The translations under genes were made by a program, and so were the position numbers. Below, piece after piece: positions 39,213 through 48,648 of a stretch of 64,000 nt of DNA. The notes beneath the pieces were generated by a model. The model made no database searches. It saw nothing but the letters and a program-made list of their open reading frames with translations, and had not been told where the DNA came from. Position 1 is the stretch's first letter. Every line of letters begins with the position of its first letter. Source of the stretch: Candidatus Nanoarchaeia archaeon (lineage in GTDB: Archaea > Nanobdellota > Nanobdellia > Woesearchaeales > DATDXC01); NCBI GenBank assembly GCA_035289425.1, contig DATDXC010000002.1, positions 474 to 64,473 on the forward strand, given 5' to 3'.

Positions 39213-40106
39213 ATGGTGGGGAAAAAAGGTGATGTTTTAGCTAGTATTGCGAGCGAGGTGAATGGCGCAATCAAATCCTTCACCGTCAAGGGCTACCGGC
39301 TCAATGCAGTGGCTTTTGAGAAACAGATCAAAGACGTTAACAGCTCTGTTGATCGGAAAAAAAACAAGCTCGTAAATGGCCTGTGCAGTGCGCTGGTCAA
39401 GACTGTGGGTGTAAACCTGGGACGGATTCCCAAAGAAAAGTTAGTAGAGTCCCTCAGGTTCAACATCGGTATCATACGCAAGGTAGTGCATAAGCTTGTC
39501 AGCATAAATCACTATTATGCCACCTCATTTTTGGATGAGATGGGATACGCGAAGAAACAAAAGCATACTGAAGCGAGGAAGCTGGCAGAAGCAAGGATCA
39601 CGGTCCCTGAGTTTAATAGGTTAGAGCGGAATGTATACCTGCTCATAGACAAGATTATACACTTGGATAATAAGCTGTTGTCGCAATTCAAGCAACGGGA
39701 GGAACAGGTCGAGGAAGATCAGATAACAGGCGCTGCAAATCTGGAATCAATAATCCAGAAACAAACAGAGTTGTTGTATCATCTGGATGCAAAGCTTCCC
39801 CCACCGCAGAAATTAAGCATATCCCTTATCCAGAGACCCCATTTCGATTACTGGATAGCGACGGTGTTGGCATTGCTGGTTGAGATTAAGAAATCATACC
39901 AAACAGAGCAGCAGATCATGCAAAGCCTGCGCAAAGAAAGCTTGCTGCGCCATAAGATTGATGTAAAGATAAAGCATTTGATGAAGGAAAAGAGCGGCAT
40001 CCTATCCATCAAGGAGGGCCGCATCCTGATGCAGGAAAAAGTCAGCAGGATGGATAATAACTGGAGGAAATGCATACACGATTGGTTAGCTGTTGCAGAA
40101 CTGTAA
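39213..40106 (+). CDS. hypothetical coiled-coil protein
   Basis: A 297 aa ORF with no known motif. It is inserted between rpoF and the DUF655 gene on the same strand. Confidence 0.4.
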   Translation: MVGKKGDVLASIASEVNGAIKSFTVKGYRLNAVAFEKQIKDVNSSVDRKKNKLVNGLCSALVKTVGVNLGRIPKEKLVESLRFNIGIIRKVVHKLVSINHYYATSFLDEMGYAKKQKHTEARKLAEARITVPEFNRLERNVYLLIDKIIHLDNKLLSQFKQREEQVEEDQITGAANLESIIQKQTELLYHLDAKLPPPQKLSISLIQRPHFDYWIATVLALLVEIKKSYQTEQQIMQSLRKESLLRHKIDVKIKHLMKEKSGILSIKEGRILMQEKVSRMDNNWRKCIHDWLAVAEL

Positions 40107-40107
40107 A

Positions 40108-40665
40108 ATGGAACACGCAAAAGAAGAGACCGTCATTGTATTGGACTTTCTGCAGCATGGCTATGCCTTTGACACGAGGCCAAGCCATCTGAAGACTGCA
40201 ATAGCGCAAGCTGTAGGTAAGGAGCATTTCGTCCTTCTCGAACTCGTCCCTAAAAAAGGAATCCATCTGCAACCCTATGAGGAAGTCTATATCGGGGAAG
40301 GCAAGCGTGATAAAATACACCATATAATGGGGAAACTGGAATATGAAAAGCTCAGTGAAACGGGTAAGAAAGAGCTTGAGTATGTGGTAAAGGACTTGGT
40401 CGAAAAAAACGAACCTCGATTTGTTTCTTTCTTCAACAAGGCGCAGCCGCTTAGTACCCGAATGCACCAGCTTGAGCTCTTGCCTGGGTTGGGCAAGAAA
40501 CATATGTGGGAACTGCTCGAAGTCAGGAAGGAGAAGGATTTTGAGAATTTTGCTGATATAAAGAAAAGGGTCAAGCTCATGCCGGATCCTGAAAAGGCCA
40601 TAATAAAGCGAATCTTGTTAGAGCTGCAAGGAAAGGAAAAGCATAGGGTCTTTGTTGATATTTAA
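40108..40665 (+). CDS. DUF655-family protein (conserved archaeal partner of L21e/RpoF)
   Basis: 'VIVLDFLQHGY', 'FVLLELVPKKGIHLQPYEEVYIG', 'FVSFFNKAQPLSTRMHQLELLPGLGKK' and 'FENFADIKKR' match DUF655. The start is at ATG 40108. Confidence 0.65.
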   Translation: MEHAKEETVIVLDFLQHGYAFDTRPSHLKTAIAQAVGKEHFVLLELVPKKGIHLQPYEEVYIGEGKRDKIHHIMGKLEYEKLSETGKKELEYVVKDLVEKNEPRFVSFFNKAQPLSTRMHQLELLPGLGKKHMWELLEVRKEKDFENFADIKKRVKLMPDPEKAIIKRILLELQGKEKHRVFVDI

Positions 40666-40719
40666 TTTATTCATTCTATAAAAGATAACCTTTTATACTT
40701 TCATTTTCTCTTTTATTCC

Positions 40720-41313
40720 TTGATGTACAAAAAAATAAATCAAGCTTTATTCTCTGAAAAGGAGCTGACTGACCTACTTAAAGCATGGATTGCGATAAGT
40801 ATAGCCTTTGCATTTGTCCTGCCGAGATCTTTTGGTGAGAATTTTCTTCTTAGCATCATTACCGTAGGTACTGGTTTTGTACTGCACGAGCTTGCGCATA
40901 GGTTTGTTGCAAAGCACTATGGATGCTACGCAGAATTCAGGAGTTTTGACAATATGCTTATGCTTGCCATCGTGATGGCATATTTCTTAAAGATGGTGAT
41001 TGCGGCACCTGGCGCGGTAATGATCTCAGGACCAGTGGGTAGAACTAGAAACGGTAAAATCAGCGCTGCCGGGCCTGCAACAAATATAATATTAGCCTTA
41101 ATTTTTCTTGCAGTAGGAAAACTTACCGCACTCTCTGGTTTAACTGCTGACATCGTACAGTATGGTTTTATTATAAACACCTGGCTCGCCTTATTCAATA
41201 TGATTCCGTTTGGCCTCTTTGATGGCAAGAAAATTCTTAACTGGAACAAATTTGTCTATATTGGTATGGTAGTTGTTTCCTTGTTGCTGATTCTTTTTGT
41301 TAAAGTGAATTAA
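40720..41313 (+). CDS. site-2 protease-like M50 family zinc metalloprotease
   Basis: A polytopic membrane protein carrying 'HELAH' (HExxH) in a TM helix, with 'NMIPFGLFDG' downstream. Confidence 0.7.
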   Translation: MMYKKINQALFSEKELTDLLKAWIAISIAFAFVLPRSFGENFLLSIITVGTGFVLHELAHRFVAKHYGCYAEFRSFDNMLMLAIVMAYFLKMVIAAPGAVMISGPVGRTRNGKISAAGPATNIILALIFLAVGKLTALSGLTADIVQYGFIINTWLALFNMIPFGLFDGKKILNWNKFVYIGMVVVSLLLILFVKVN

Positions 41314-41376
41314 AGATCAGAAACATAGTCCTAATTAAAGAAAACTTAATAAATGCCAAGTTCCAGTCATTGATTT

Positions 41377-41715
41377 ATGACCAAATGCCATTACTGCGGC
41401 AGAACTTTAACAAAGCATGAGCGTTATTGCTACCACTGTGAACAGGATCTCAGCAAGGTAGTGGATGCTGAAGAGAAGATTTCCATGCCTACTCCTCATC
41501 GCTATAATCTTAAGAAAGATATCAATGAGTTCACTTCTTTGTTGAGAAGGATATTCGGAAAAAAAGAGGTAACTGCGTTCTGCGTCAAGTGCAAGAAAAA
41601 AGTGATAGTGCCCAAACCAACTCCCTATTCTATGAAGAATGGAAAGAAGGCAGTGAGGGGCATATGCCCCCACTGCAAAAGGAAGGTTTTCCGGATACTA
41701 CCTACTTCTCGCTGA
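41377..41715 (+). CDS. zinc-ribbon protein
   Basis: Has 'CHYCGRT...CYHCEQ' and 'CVKCKKKV...CPHCKRKV', i.e. two C-x2-C pairs at each end. Confidence 0.4.
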   Translation: MTKCHYCGRTLTKHERYCYHCEQDLSKVVDAEEKISMPTPHRYNLKKDINEFTSLLRRIFGKKEVTAFCVKCKKKVIVPKPTPYSMKNGKKAVRGICPHCKRKVFRILPTSR

Positions 41716-41756
41716 ATTCTCCCATCCGGTCAGTTAAATCGATGTATATCTCCATC

Positions 41757-41882
41757 CTATCCACCGTCCAGGTAGAGGTAGTTCCTTTCCCCTAAGTAGC
41801 CACATTCCCTGCATAAGTATGGGTCAAATCGTGCGCTCTTCGTGATCTGATCCCCACACATTATGCATCTATTATGCTTCAT
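41757..41882 (-). CDS. small zinc-ribbon protein (41 aa)
   Basis: 'MKHNRCIMCGDQITKSARFDPYLCRECGY'. Its start overlaps the stop of the upstream small ORF (ATGA). Confidence 0.3.
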   Translation of the reverse strand: MKHNRCIMCGDQITKSARFDPYLCRECGYLGERNYLYLDGG

Positions 41883-42037
41883 GGCATCACCTCCCTCCTT
41901 TGAGCATAGGCGAAGTGGCAGAAGGGGCAATGATAGCCTGATGCATCTTTTGCAAGTCTGCATCCGCAGCTTCCACAATAGCACTCAGGCATGAAGTCGT
42001 GCATTATTATCATCTCGGCTCCACCCATTTCCATCAT
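41879..42037 (-). CDS. small Cys/His-rich protein (52 aa)
   Basis: 'MMEMGGAEMIIMHDFMPECYCGSCGCRLAKDASGYHCPFCHF'. A strong Shine-Dalgarno-like 'GAGGTGAGGGGG' lies immediately upstream. Confidence 0.3.
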   Translation of the reverse strand: MMEMGGAEMIIMHDFMPECYCGSCGCRLAKDASGYHCPFCHFAYAQRREVMP

Positions 42038-42162
42038 CCCCCTCACCTCTTCAATATATTTAGAAACATTTAAATATATATACTTATTGTATATGAGGTA
42101 TAAAGCATATATAACATATATGTCACCTTAAATATTAAATAAATTATAAGGGGGGGAGAAAC

Positions 42163-43173
42163 ATGGATTACAGAAAGCTGATTGGATTCGGAAAGGGCTC
42201 ATTTGTAGTTTCAGTTCCAAAGTCATGGGTAGACAGGAATAATCTCGCCAAGGGAAACATGATAGGTATTGAAGAAACAGATGAGGGGATAATGCTCTAT
42301 CCTCCAACCCAAGACATAGAAAGTAAAGAGAAGCGGATTACCATCACTGCAGATGGCAAGGATATAGCTAGGATTAAGGCAGAGATCATTTCAGCCTATT
42401 TGAATTGTTTTGATGTCCTTGAAGTTGTTTCCACTGACCTCAAGACGCAAGGGCCAGAAATCAAGAGAATCCTACATGATTTGGCTGGGCTTGAGATACT
42501 TGAGCAAACCTCAGGTAGGCTTCTGGCGAAGGATTTGATAAACATTCGGGAAGTTTCTCTCCCAACCTTGATACGCAGGATGGATATAATTACGAGAAGC
42601 ATGATTGAGGATTCGATGAAGTGCATGACAAAGGAATGTGAACCATTGAGCATAGCACAAAGAGACCAGGATGTGAATCGGCTTCATTTTTTGGCACATC
42701 GTGTAATTAGGAAAGGATTTTCCAATCCGAGCTACGCTAAGGCAATTCAAAGAACACCATTGCAGTTGCAGGCAGACCAGCTCGTAGTACTCAGACTTGA
42801 AAAGGTTGCTGACCGACAGAAGAGGATTGCGCGCATGCTTGGATCCACCGGCTTAAGTGATATTGAGATAGGAAATCTCAAGAAGATTTACCAACACCTA
42901 TATCAGGCATATCTTGATGTCATGAAAGCATACTACACCAATGATGTAGAGCTTGCCTACAAGATTGAGCAGGACGGCAGGATTCGCATGAATATGTGCA
43001 GTACCTTCTTTACTGACCATAATCATCACCACGTCGAACTCAAGAAAAGCAAAGAACAGAAGTGCATTCACCGTCATGAATGTGGATCAACTGCATTGAT
43101 TCTGGAAAACCTGAAAGCGATGTCCACATCCATAAAATACCTGGCACAGACAATTATGGGTGGCGGAGGCTAA
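42163..43173 (+). CDS. PhoU-domain regulator with an N-terminal AbrB/SpoVT swapped-hairpin domain
   Basis: The N-terminus 'LIGFGKGSFVVSVPKSWVDRNNLAKGNMIGIE' is AbrB/MazE-like. Two PhoU-like helical repeats follow, ahead of a Cys/His-rich C-terminus. Confidence 0.7.
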   Translation: MDYRKLIGFGKGSFVVSVPKSWVDRNNLAKGNMIGIEETDEGIMLYPPTQDIESKEKRITITADGKDIARIKAEIISAYLNCFDVLEVVSTDLKTQGPEIKRILHDLAGLEILEQTSGRLLAKDLINIREVSLPTLIRRMDIITRSMIEDSMKCMTKECEPLSIAQRDQDVNRLHFLAHRVIRKGFSNPSYAKAIQRTPLQLQADQLVVLRLEKVADRQKRIARMLGSTGLSDIEIGNLKKIYQHLYQAYLDVMKAYYTNDVELAYKIEQDGRIRMNMCSTFFTDHNHHHVELKKSKEQKCIHRHECGSTALILENLKAMSTSIKYLAQTIMGGGG

Positions 43174-44261
43174 TACCCTTCAAACAAGATATCATTTCTG
43201 CCTTTTTTCAGCACAGTGCCAGAGCCATTCGAGACTTTGCCTACTGTTTTGGCTTCGCAGCCATATTTCTCTGCAATGGAGATAGCTGTATCAGCATCAG
43301 GTGTAATTATAAAGAACCCCATACCCATATTAAATTTTTGGTACATCTCCTTTTCGGAAAAGTTTGAATCCTCTTGCATGAGCCCGAATATCGGCTGTGG
43401 CTCCAGTGGATTGTCAATGATAAATCTAAAGCCTTTTACCCTGTTGAGATTCTTGAGCCCATAACCGGTATTATTCACTCCAATCATCTTGACTTTATTT
43501 GCAATGGCTGCAACAGCTTTGGTATATATCGCCGTAGGCTCCAACAATCTCTTTCCGATTGTTGACCCATCAAATTTTTCATCAAGTTTGTGTTTTCCTT
43601 TGTACATTCCTTTAAACTCTTTTCTTGTTTCAAATTCTCCTTTCAAAAGATTCAGTCGTAGATCGGTATACCCATTTGAATGAGGTCCCGAACTCCGTAA
43701 AGCCACAATCTTATCTTCAACCGAAATAGCAGCAGGTACATCACTTTTCTTGATAAAACCGATCATGCCGCCGGCAATATCAAACCCGTATCCGGGCTTG
43801 GCGCTCGAGATGAGTTCATCGACTGATGCGGTCTCTCCCTTACCGATATTGATATGGATAGAACTCCGTAATACATCTCCAGCATCGCATGCTTCAAGGC
43901 CTTTGACAATTCCCTTCATGAGCTCTCCGGTCAGTCCTCTTTCCTGGAGTTTGGATTGCACGGCAAAATAATCTATGAACAAGAATGGGCTTACTTTGCC
44001 CAAAGTCGCAAGATCGTTGGCAGACATCGCCACCAAATCAACACCTACAGTATCATACACATTCATTGCCTCGGCTAGTATGAGTTTTGTGCCAACACCA
44101 TCGATGGCGCATGCCAGATAATGCTTTGGAAACACTTCATCATTCTGAAATAATTCAGCAAATTTGCCTTCGGACAGCGGATGCATGTCTTTCTTTAGTT
44201 TCTGAGGGATAGCTTTTTTGATTGCTGCTACTGCATTGCTCTCTTTTTCTTGGTAATCCAT
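43170..44261 (-). CDS. purM: phosphoribosylformylglycinamidine cyclo-ligase (AIR synthase)
   Basis: Has 'AIDGVGTKLILAEA' and 'VGVDLVAMSANDLATLG', the PurM family motifs. The start is taken at Met22; the called ORF extends to 44324. Confidence 0.8.
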   Translation of the reverse strand: MDYQEKESNAVAAIKKAIPQKLKKDMHPLSEGKFAELFQNDEVFPKHYLACAIDGVGTKLILAEAMNVYDTVGVDLVAMSANDLATLGKVSPFLFIDYFAVQSKLQERGLTGELMKGIVKGLEACDAGDVLRSSIHINIGKGETASVDELISSAKPGYGFDIAGGMIGFIKKSDVPAAISVEDKIVALRSSGPHSNGYTDLRLNLLKGEFETRKEFKGMYKGKHKLDEKFDGSTIGKRLLEPTAIYTKAVAAIANKVKMIGVNNTGYGLKNLNRVKGFRFIIDNPLEPQPIFGLMQEDSNFSEKEMYQKFNMGMGFFIITPDADTAISIAEKYGCEAKTVGKVSNGSGTVLKKGRNDILFEGY

Positions 44262-44436
44262 AACACGTTTGTAATATATGTTGTTTATAAATATTCCGAT
44301 AACCAGAAAGTCAGTTTTGAACATCTCTAAGAAACTTAAAACTCGAAATTCGGATGGCTAACCTATTTGTTACACAAACCTTTTTCTTTGCCGCGGGGGG
44401 TATTAAGCATCCATCTGGCCCTATTTAATTCTGCTA

Positions 44437-46143
44437 CTAGGTAATCTTTAGTTCTTTCTTCCAAAAACTGCAGATCTTTTCAGCCTTTTTTGACGCAATG
44501 CCGGCATAGTTTTCAGGACTCTTGAGTATTTCAATCTGCTTTTTGCTGAACCGGGCAATATAAGGTTTTAATGAAGCATCCTTGAACAGCAATTCCCCAA
44601 AATGCTTTCCGGTTTGTTGGGACTTCAATGTCAATTCCCTCACAGCCTCATGTGCATCAGGATGATTGTGGGCTGCTAATAAGATATAGGCCGGTTCGGC
44701 AGTTATCATGTCTTTGTTCAGGTCAAAGTTTTTCTTCAGGTTGATTTTGTCAACAACCAACTTCGACATTGTCTTGTCAATTCGTATGATTGAGACAAAT
44801 AATCCGGCTAGTATTTCAGGTACAAATCTGGAAGTTGCCGAGTTTGTAAGATCTCTCTGATGTTCGCATATCTGATCCATGTACAAGGTTGACATCCTTG
44901 GCATGAATTCCTTCCACATCGATTTGACATTTTCAAAGTTTATGGGATTTCTCTTGTGCGGCATGGTGGATGATCCTACCTGCTGAGCCCCAAACGCCTC
45001 CGCAATCTCAGCTATCTCAGATCTTTGCAGATGCCTCATGTCATCAGCCAGATTTGCAATGACGCCAAAACAGGATGTTATTGCATGCATGAAGTCAGCC
45101 ATGTACTCTGCTTCCACAACCTGCGTTGAGATTGGAGAAGGTTTCAGCTTCAGTTCAGACAACACGAGCTTTTCAAATTCTTCGGGATCATCAAAAAATA
45201 AAGACGAAGCATTATAAGCGCCCACAGCGCCTGCCATCTTCCCTCTGAGGTCGTTAGCTGTTTTCTGGATAGCCTTGATCCTTGCTCCCAACCTTGATAC
45301 ATACTGTGCTATAGCAAACCCGAAAGTTATCGGCTCTGCATGCTGGCCGTGGGTCCTGCCTATCTGGAGAGTATCCTTTTCTCTCAGTGCCAGCCTGATC
45401 AGGGTATGCTCAAGCGCTGTTAATGCAGGAATCAACACAGTATTTGAGAAATCCTTGAATCGTGCCGCATCTGCAGTGCAGATGATGTCATGGGAGGTAG
45501 AAGTGAAATGCACATAGGGCTTTGCAGTATCTGAGACTTTCTTTCTGATGATGTTTGCCAACGCCCTGATATTATGTTTAATCCTGTCTTCCTCCAGGTA
45601 CACTTCCTGTGCAGAAACCTGTTTTGCCGCTGCAGCTACTTCATCAGCCGTGGACTTCCCACATATCTTTTTCTTGGCTAACGCAGATGTCAGGGCAGCT
45701 TCTGTCTTTGCCAAATATCTGATGAATCCTTCTTCTGATAAGTAGGGCCTTATCTTTGATCTAATTGCTTCATCCCTGCCGTAATACCTAAAGTCAAGCG
45801 GAGAAATTGTATCAAATAAGGGGATGGATTCAAAGATATCTGATTCTCCCATAGAAATCAGGGTTTCGATGTTGCGGAGCAATGCATTGCTTTTGTTCAG
45901 CTTGATTATCTTCCTGTTCTTATCCTGGGTTTCATGCACTAAATCATGCTTCTTGAACAATTGGATTGTTTGGTGAACCTTGGCAGGGCTTATCCTCAGT
46001 TTTTCTGCAATCTCCCGTAAGTGCAAAGATTCTCTTTCCAATAATCGCAGGATTTCAATATTTTTCTTGGTAAAAATTAATGATAGCTCCATCCGATGCA
46101 CCTCTCCAGGATAGATATGTTCATTATTTATAAACCTTTCCAT
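44437..46143 (-). CDS. purB: adenylosuccinate lyase with an N-terminal winged-HTH domain (in-frame fusion)
   Basis: Residues ~17-95 read 'NIEILRLLERESLHLREIAEKLRISPAKVHQTIQLFKKHDLVHETQDKNRKIIKLN', an ArsR/MarR-like wHTH. A PurB domain follows: 'ISPLDFRYYGRDEAIRSKIRPYLSEEGFIRYLAKTEAAL' (cf. E. coli 'VSPVDGRYGDK...'), 'GRTHGQHAEP' and 'GSSTMPHKRNPINFEN'. There is no stop between the two domains. Confidence 0.8.
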   Translation of the reverse strand: MERFINNEHIYPGEVHRMELSLIFTKKNIEILRLLERESLHLREIAEKLRISPAKVHQTIQLFKKHDLVHETQDKNRKIIKLNKSNALLRNIETLISMGESDIFESIPLFDTISPLDFRYYGRDEAIRSKIRPYLSEEGFIRYLAKTEAALTSALAKKKICGKSTADEVAAAAKQVSAQEVYLEEDRIKHNIRALANIIRKKVSDTAKPYVHFTSTSHDIICTADAARFKDFSNTVLIPALTALEHTLIRLALREKDTLQIGRTHGQHAEPITFGFAIAQYVSRLGARIKAIQKTANDLRGKMAGAVGAYNASSLFFDDPEEFEKLVLSELKLKPSPISTQVVEAEYMADFMHAITSCFGVIANLADDMRHLQRSEIAEIAEAFGAQQVGSSTMPHKRNPINFENVKSMWKEFMPRMSTLYMDQICEHQRDLTNSATSRFVPEILAGLFVSIIRIDKTMSKLVVDKINLKKNFDLNKDMITAEPAYILLAAHNHPDAHEAVRELTLKSQQTGKHFGELLFKDASLKPYIARFSKKQIEILKSPENYAGIASKKAEKICSFWKKELKIT

Positions 46144-46164
46144 AAAAATAAGAATAAATGTTCA

Positions 46165-46929
46165 TCATTTAATAACATTTAAGGCTTCGGCATGCACCCT
46201 TCCGTTAGACGCCATAAAATCTTTGGTGCCGGGCTTCCAGGGATTCCCTAAAAGATCAGTCACTATTCCGCCAGATTCAAGTAATATGAGGTACACAGCA
46301 GCATAATCCCAAACATTAACATCAAAGTCAATGTGCATCTCTGTCCTTCCTTCAGCAACAAGAAGCGTATCATATACCGCAACCCCAAAGACCCTATAAC
46401 GCCAGGCTTTGTGCGCCAGCTTTCCCATGATCCGAAGCTTTTTGTCTGTGTCATGACGAAACCGTGCGTCAAAAGTGAACATAGACTTATCAAGCCTATC
46501 GTTTTTATTTACATTGATTCTCTTCCCATTTCTAAAAGCTCCCTTTCCCTTCTCAGCTATGTACATCCTATCCAGACAGGGCAGGTACACCACACCAAGT
46601 ATAATCTCATCTTTGTGCTGCAGAGCAATCGAAACCCCAAACAGCGGGTTTTCAATGAGAAAATTATGAGTTCCATCCAAAGGATCTATAATCCAGGTAT
46701 ACTCTGAATTATTTTTGATTTGAGCTAATTCCTCATCAAGCATGTTATGGGTGGGAAACTTGCTAAGGATAATCTGGCGTATCTTTTTGATGCTTTCGAT
46801 GTCTGCCTGGGAAACATAACTGTCACCATCCTTGAGCCTCTTCGTAATCTTTCTTCCATAATACTTAAGAAGAATTCCACCAGCAGCCTTGGCTGCCCGG
46901 ATTGCCGTTTGTTTAAAGGTACCCTGCAT
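46165..46929 (-). CDS. suhB: inositol monophosphatase / archaeal FBPase-IMPase family protein
   Basis: Has 'WIIDPLDGTHNF' and 'WDYAAVYLILLESGG', the IMPase family motifs. Confidence 0.75.
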   Translation of the reverse strand: MQGTFKQTAIRAAKAAGGILLKYYGRKITKRLKDGDSYVSQADIESIKKIRQIILSKFPTHNMLDEELAQIKNNSEYTWIIDPLDGTHNFLIENPLFGVSIALQHKDEIILGVVYLPCLDRMYIAEKGKGAFRNGKRINVNKNDRLDKSMFTFDARFRHDTDKKLRIMGKLAHKAWRYRVFGVAVYDTLLVAEGRTEMHIDFDVNVWDYAAVYLILLESGGIVTDLLGNPWKPGTKDFMASNGRVHAEALNVIK

Positions 46930-47878
46930 CTTTTAGATTCCTCTGTATTCGCTGATGCACATCTCTTACCTCAGCTTCAAAAGTATTGCCGGTTATCATC
47001 TCATACATCTGGATATATCGCTTGCTCAATTCGGTTACTAGCTCTTGAGGGGCTTCCGGAAGTTTCTTATCTTTATAGGGATCGCAATGCTCCATGAACC
47101 AAAGACGGAGAAACTCTTTGTCGATATTCTCAGGCTCATTGCCTTTTGCAATCCTTTCTTGATAGCTATCTTTTATCCAGAATCTGGATGAATCAGGAGT
47201 ATGAATTTCATCTATCAGGTATATGTTGCCATCCTCATCATAACCAAATTCATATTTTGTGTCAACCAAAATGAGCCCATTTTCAGACGCAATCCGCGTT
47301 CCCCTTTCAAAAAGCCGCAATACCTTGTCTGACACAAAATCCCATTGCTCCTGCGTCATTAATCCTTTCTTTACAATCTCTTCGGCCGATATCTTTTCAT
47401 CATGGATCTCTGACTTGGTGGTAGGGGTGATGATGGGCTTTTCAAACCGCTGATTTTTCTTGAGGCCTTCAGGAAGCACATTGCCGCAGAATATCCGTTC
47501 ACCTTTCTCATAGGCGGTCCAGGCTGAAGTTGAAGTTACGCCAGTAATGTAGCCTCTGACCACAAATTCAACAGGGAACACTTTTAATCTCTTGCAGACT
47601 ACTACATTGGGATCTGGCACATCTATGACATGATTTTGGATAATATCCTGGGTGTTTTCAAACCAAAAGGCTGAAGTTTGGGTCAGAACCTGGCCCTTGA
47701 AAGGTATGGTAGCCAAATTCCTGTCAAAAGCAGACTGCCTGTCTGTTGAGATCAAGAACACCTTATCATCAGTTATGTAGACATCCCGCACTTTTCCTTT
47801 GTATTTCTTTCCGAGCTTGAAATCTGTTGATTTAAGGGTATGACTCATCTGTTTCTTGATATCCTCATCGGACATCAT
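46913..47878 (-). CDS. purC: phosphoribosylaminoimidazole-succinocarboxamide synthase (long form)
   Basis: Has 'GKVRDVY', 'LISTDRQSAFD' and 'LILVDTKYEFG', the SAICAR synthetase motifs. Length is 321 aa. Confidence 0.85.
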   Translation of the reverse strand: MMSDEDIKKQMSHTLKSTDFKLGKKYKGKVRDVYITDDKVFLISTDRQSAFDRNLATIPFKGQVLTQTSAFWFENTQDIIQNHVIDVPDPNVVVCKRLKVFPVEFVVRGYITGVTSTSAWTAYEKGERIFCGNVLPEGLKKNQRFEKPIITPTTKSEIHDEKISAEEIVKKGLMTQEQWDFVSDKVLRLFERGTRIASENGLILVDTKYEFGYDEDGNIYLIDEIHTPDSSRFWIKDSYQERIAKGNEPENIDKEFLRLWFMEHCDPYKDKKLPEAPQELVTELSKRYIQMYEMITGNTFEAEVRDVHQRIQRNLKDAGYL

Positions 47879-48648
47879 TTTTGAGCCTCCTTATCAGCTG
47901 CTAGCACTTCTTTCTTGCTTTCCTGTCTTAATTCCCAGAGTTTGTCAGTACAATCACCCAAAATTTCAGCAGCAGCTATCGCCGCATTCTCTCCTCGATT
48001 CAGTCCCACCCATAATCCATGGCTTGAATGCTCCAATATGTTCAATGCAGCTTCAGCAGTATCATCTTTTTTAGGCAGCAAGGGACAATAGATGACAAGC
48101 TCTTCTTTGGGGGCAAGAGGCTCATCAAAATAGGTGAATACTATGTTTATCGCATCATCAGCTGGTGCATCAGCATAGGTAAATTCAACGCCCAGTCTTT
48201 CCAATGTTGCAGCTGCTTTTTCAACTGCTTTTTCTCTCTTATCTCCAATGAGAATAATCCTAGACAGGCCTTTTCCCATGGCACTAGCTTGTTGTGCCGC
48301 AATCTCCGCCTGGTTGACGCCAACAGTCAGGACCGGAATTCCCGGAGGCATCTGCATGCAGCTCAACAATGCATCTAATCCAGAATAATTGTTATGGACC
48401 GGAACCCCAATGACTGGCTTAAGGGTCTTTGCAGCTATTACTCCAGGCAATGCTGCACTCAAACCTGCTCCTGCAATAACCACATCGAAATCATCTTTCT
48501 GGATTGCTTTATCCACTTCATCGGGAGTTCTATGGGCCGATAGCACTCTTAAATCAACCTGAACTTTGTGTCTTTTAAGTTCAGAAGCTATCTTTTTGTA
48601 CACGTCTGCATCTGATTTTGAACCAAACATGACTAATGCTTTCATCAT
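47875..48648 (-). CDS. purE: N5-carboxyaminoimidazole ribonucleotide mutase / AIR carboxylase with an internal ~95 aa insertion
   Basis: Has 'VMFGSKSD', 'SAHRTP', 'VVIAGAGLSAALPGVIAA' and 'PVIGVPV'. The C-terminal 'NAAIAAAEILG' is separated from the rest by a PurE-like partial repeat ('ILIGDKREKAVEKAAATLERLGVEF'). Confidence 0.75.
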   Translation of the reverse strand: MMKALVMFGSKSDADVYKKIASELKRHKVQVDLRVLSAHRTPDEVDKAIQKDDFDVVIAGAGLSAALPGVIAAKTLKPVIGVPVHNNYSGLDALLSCMQMPPGIPVLTVGVNQAEIAAQQASAMGKGLSRIILIGDKREKAVEKAAATLERLGVEFTYADAPADDAINIVFTYFDEPLAPKEELVIYCPLLPKKDDTAEAALNILEHSSHGLWVGLNRGENAAIAAAEILGDCTDKLWELRQESKKEVLAADKEAQK

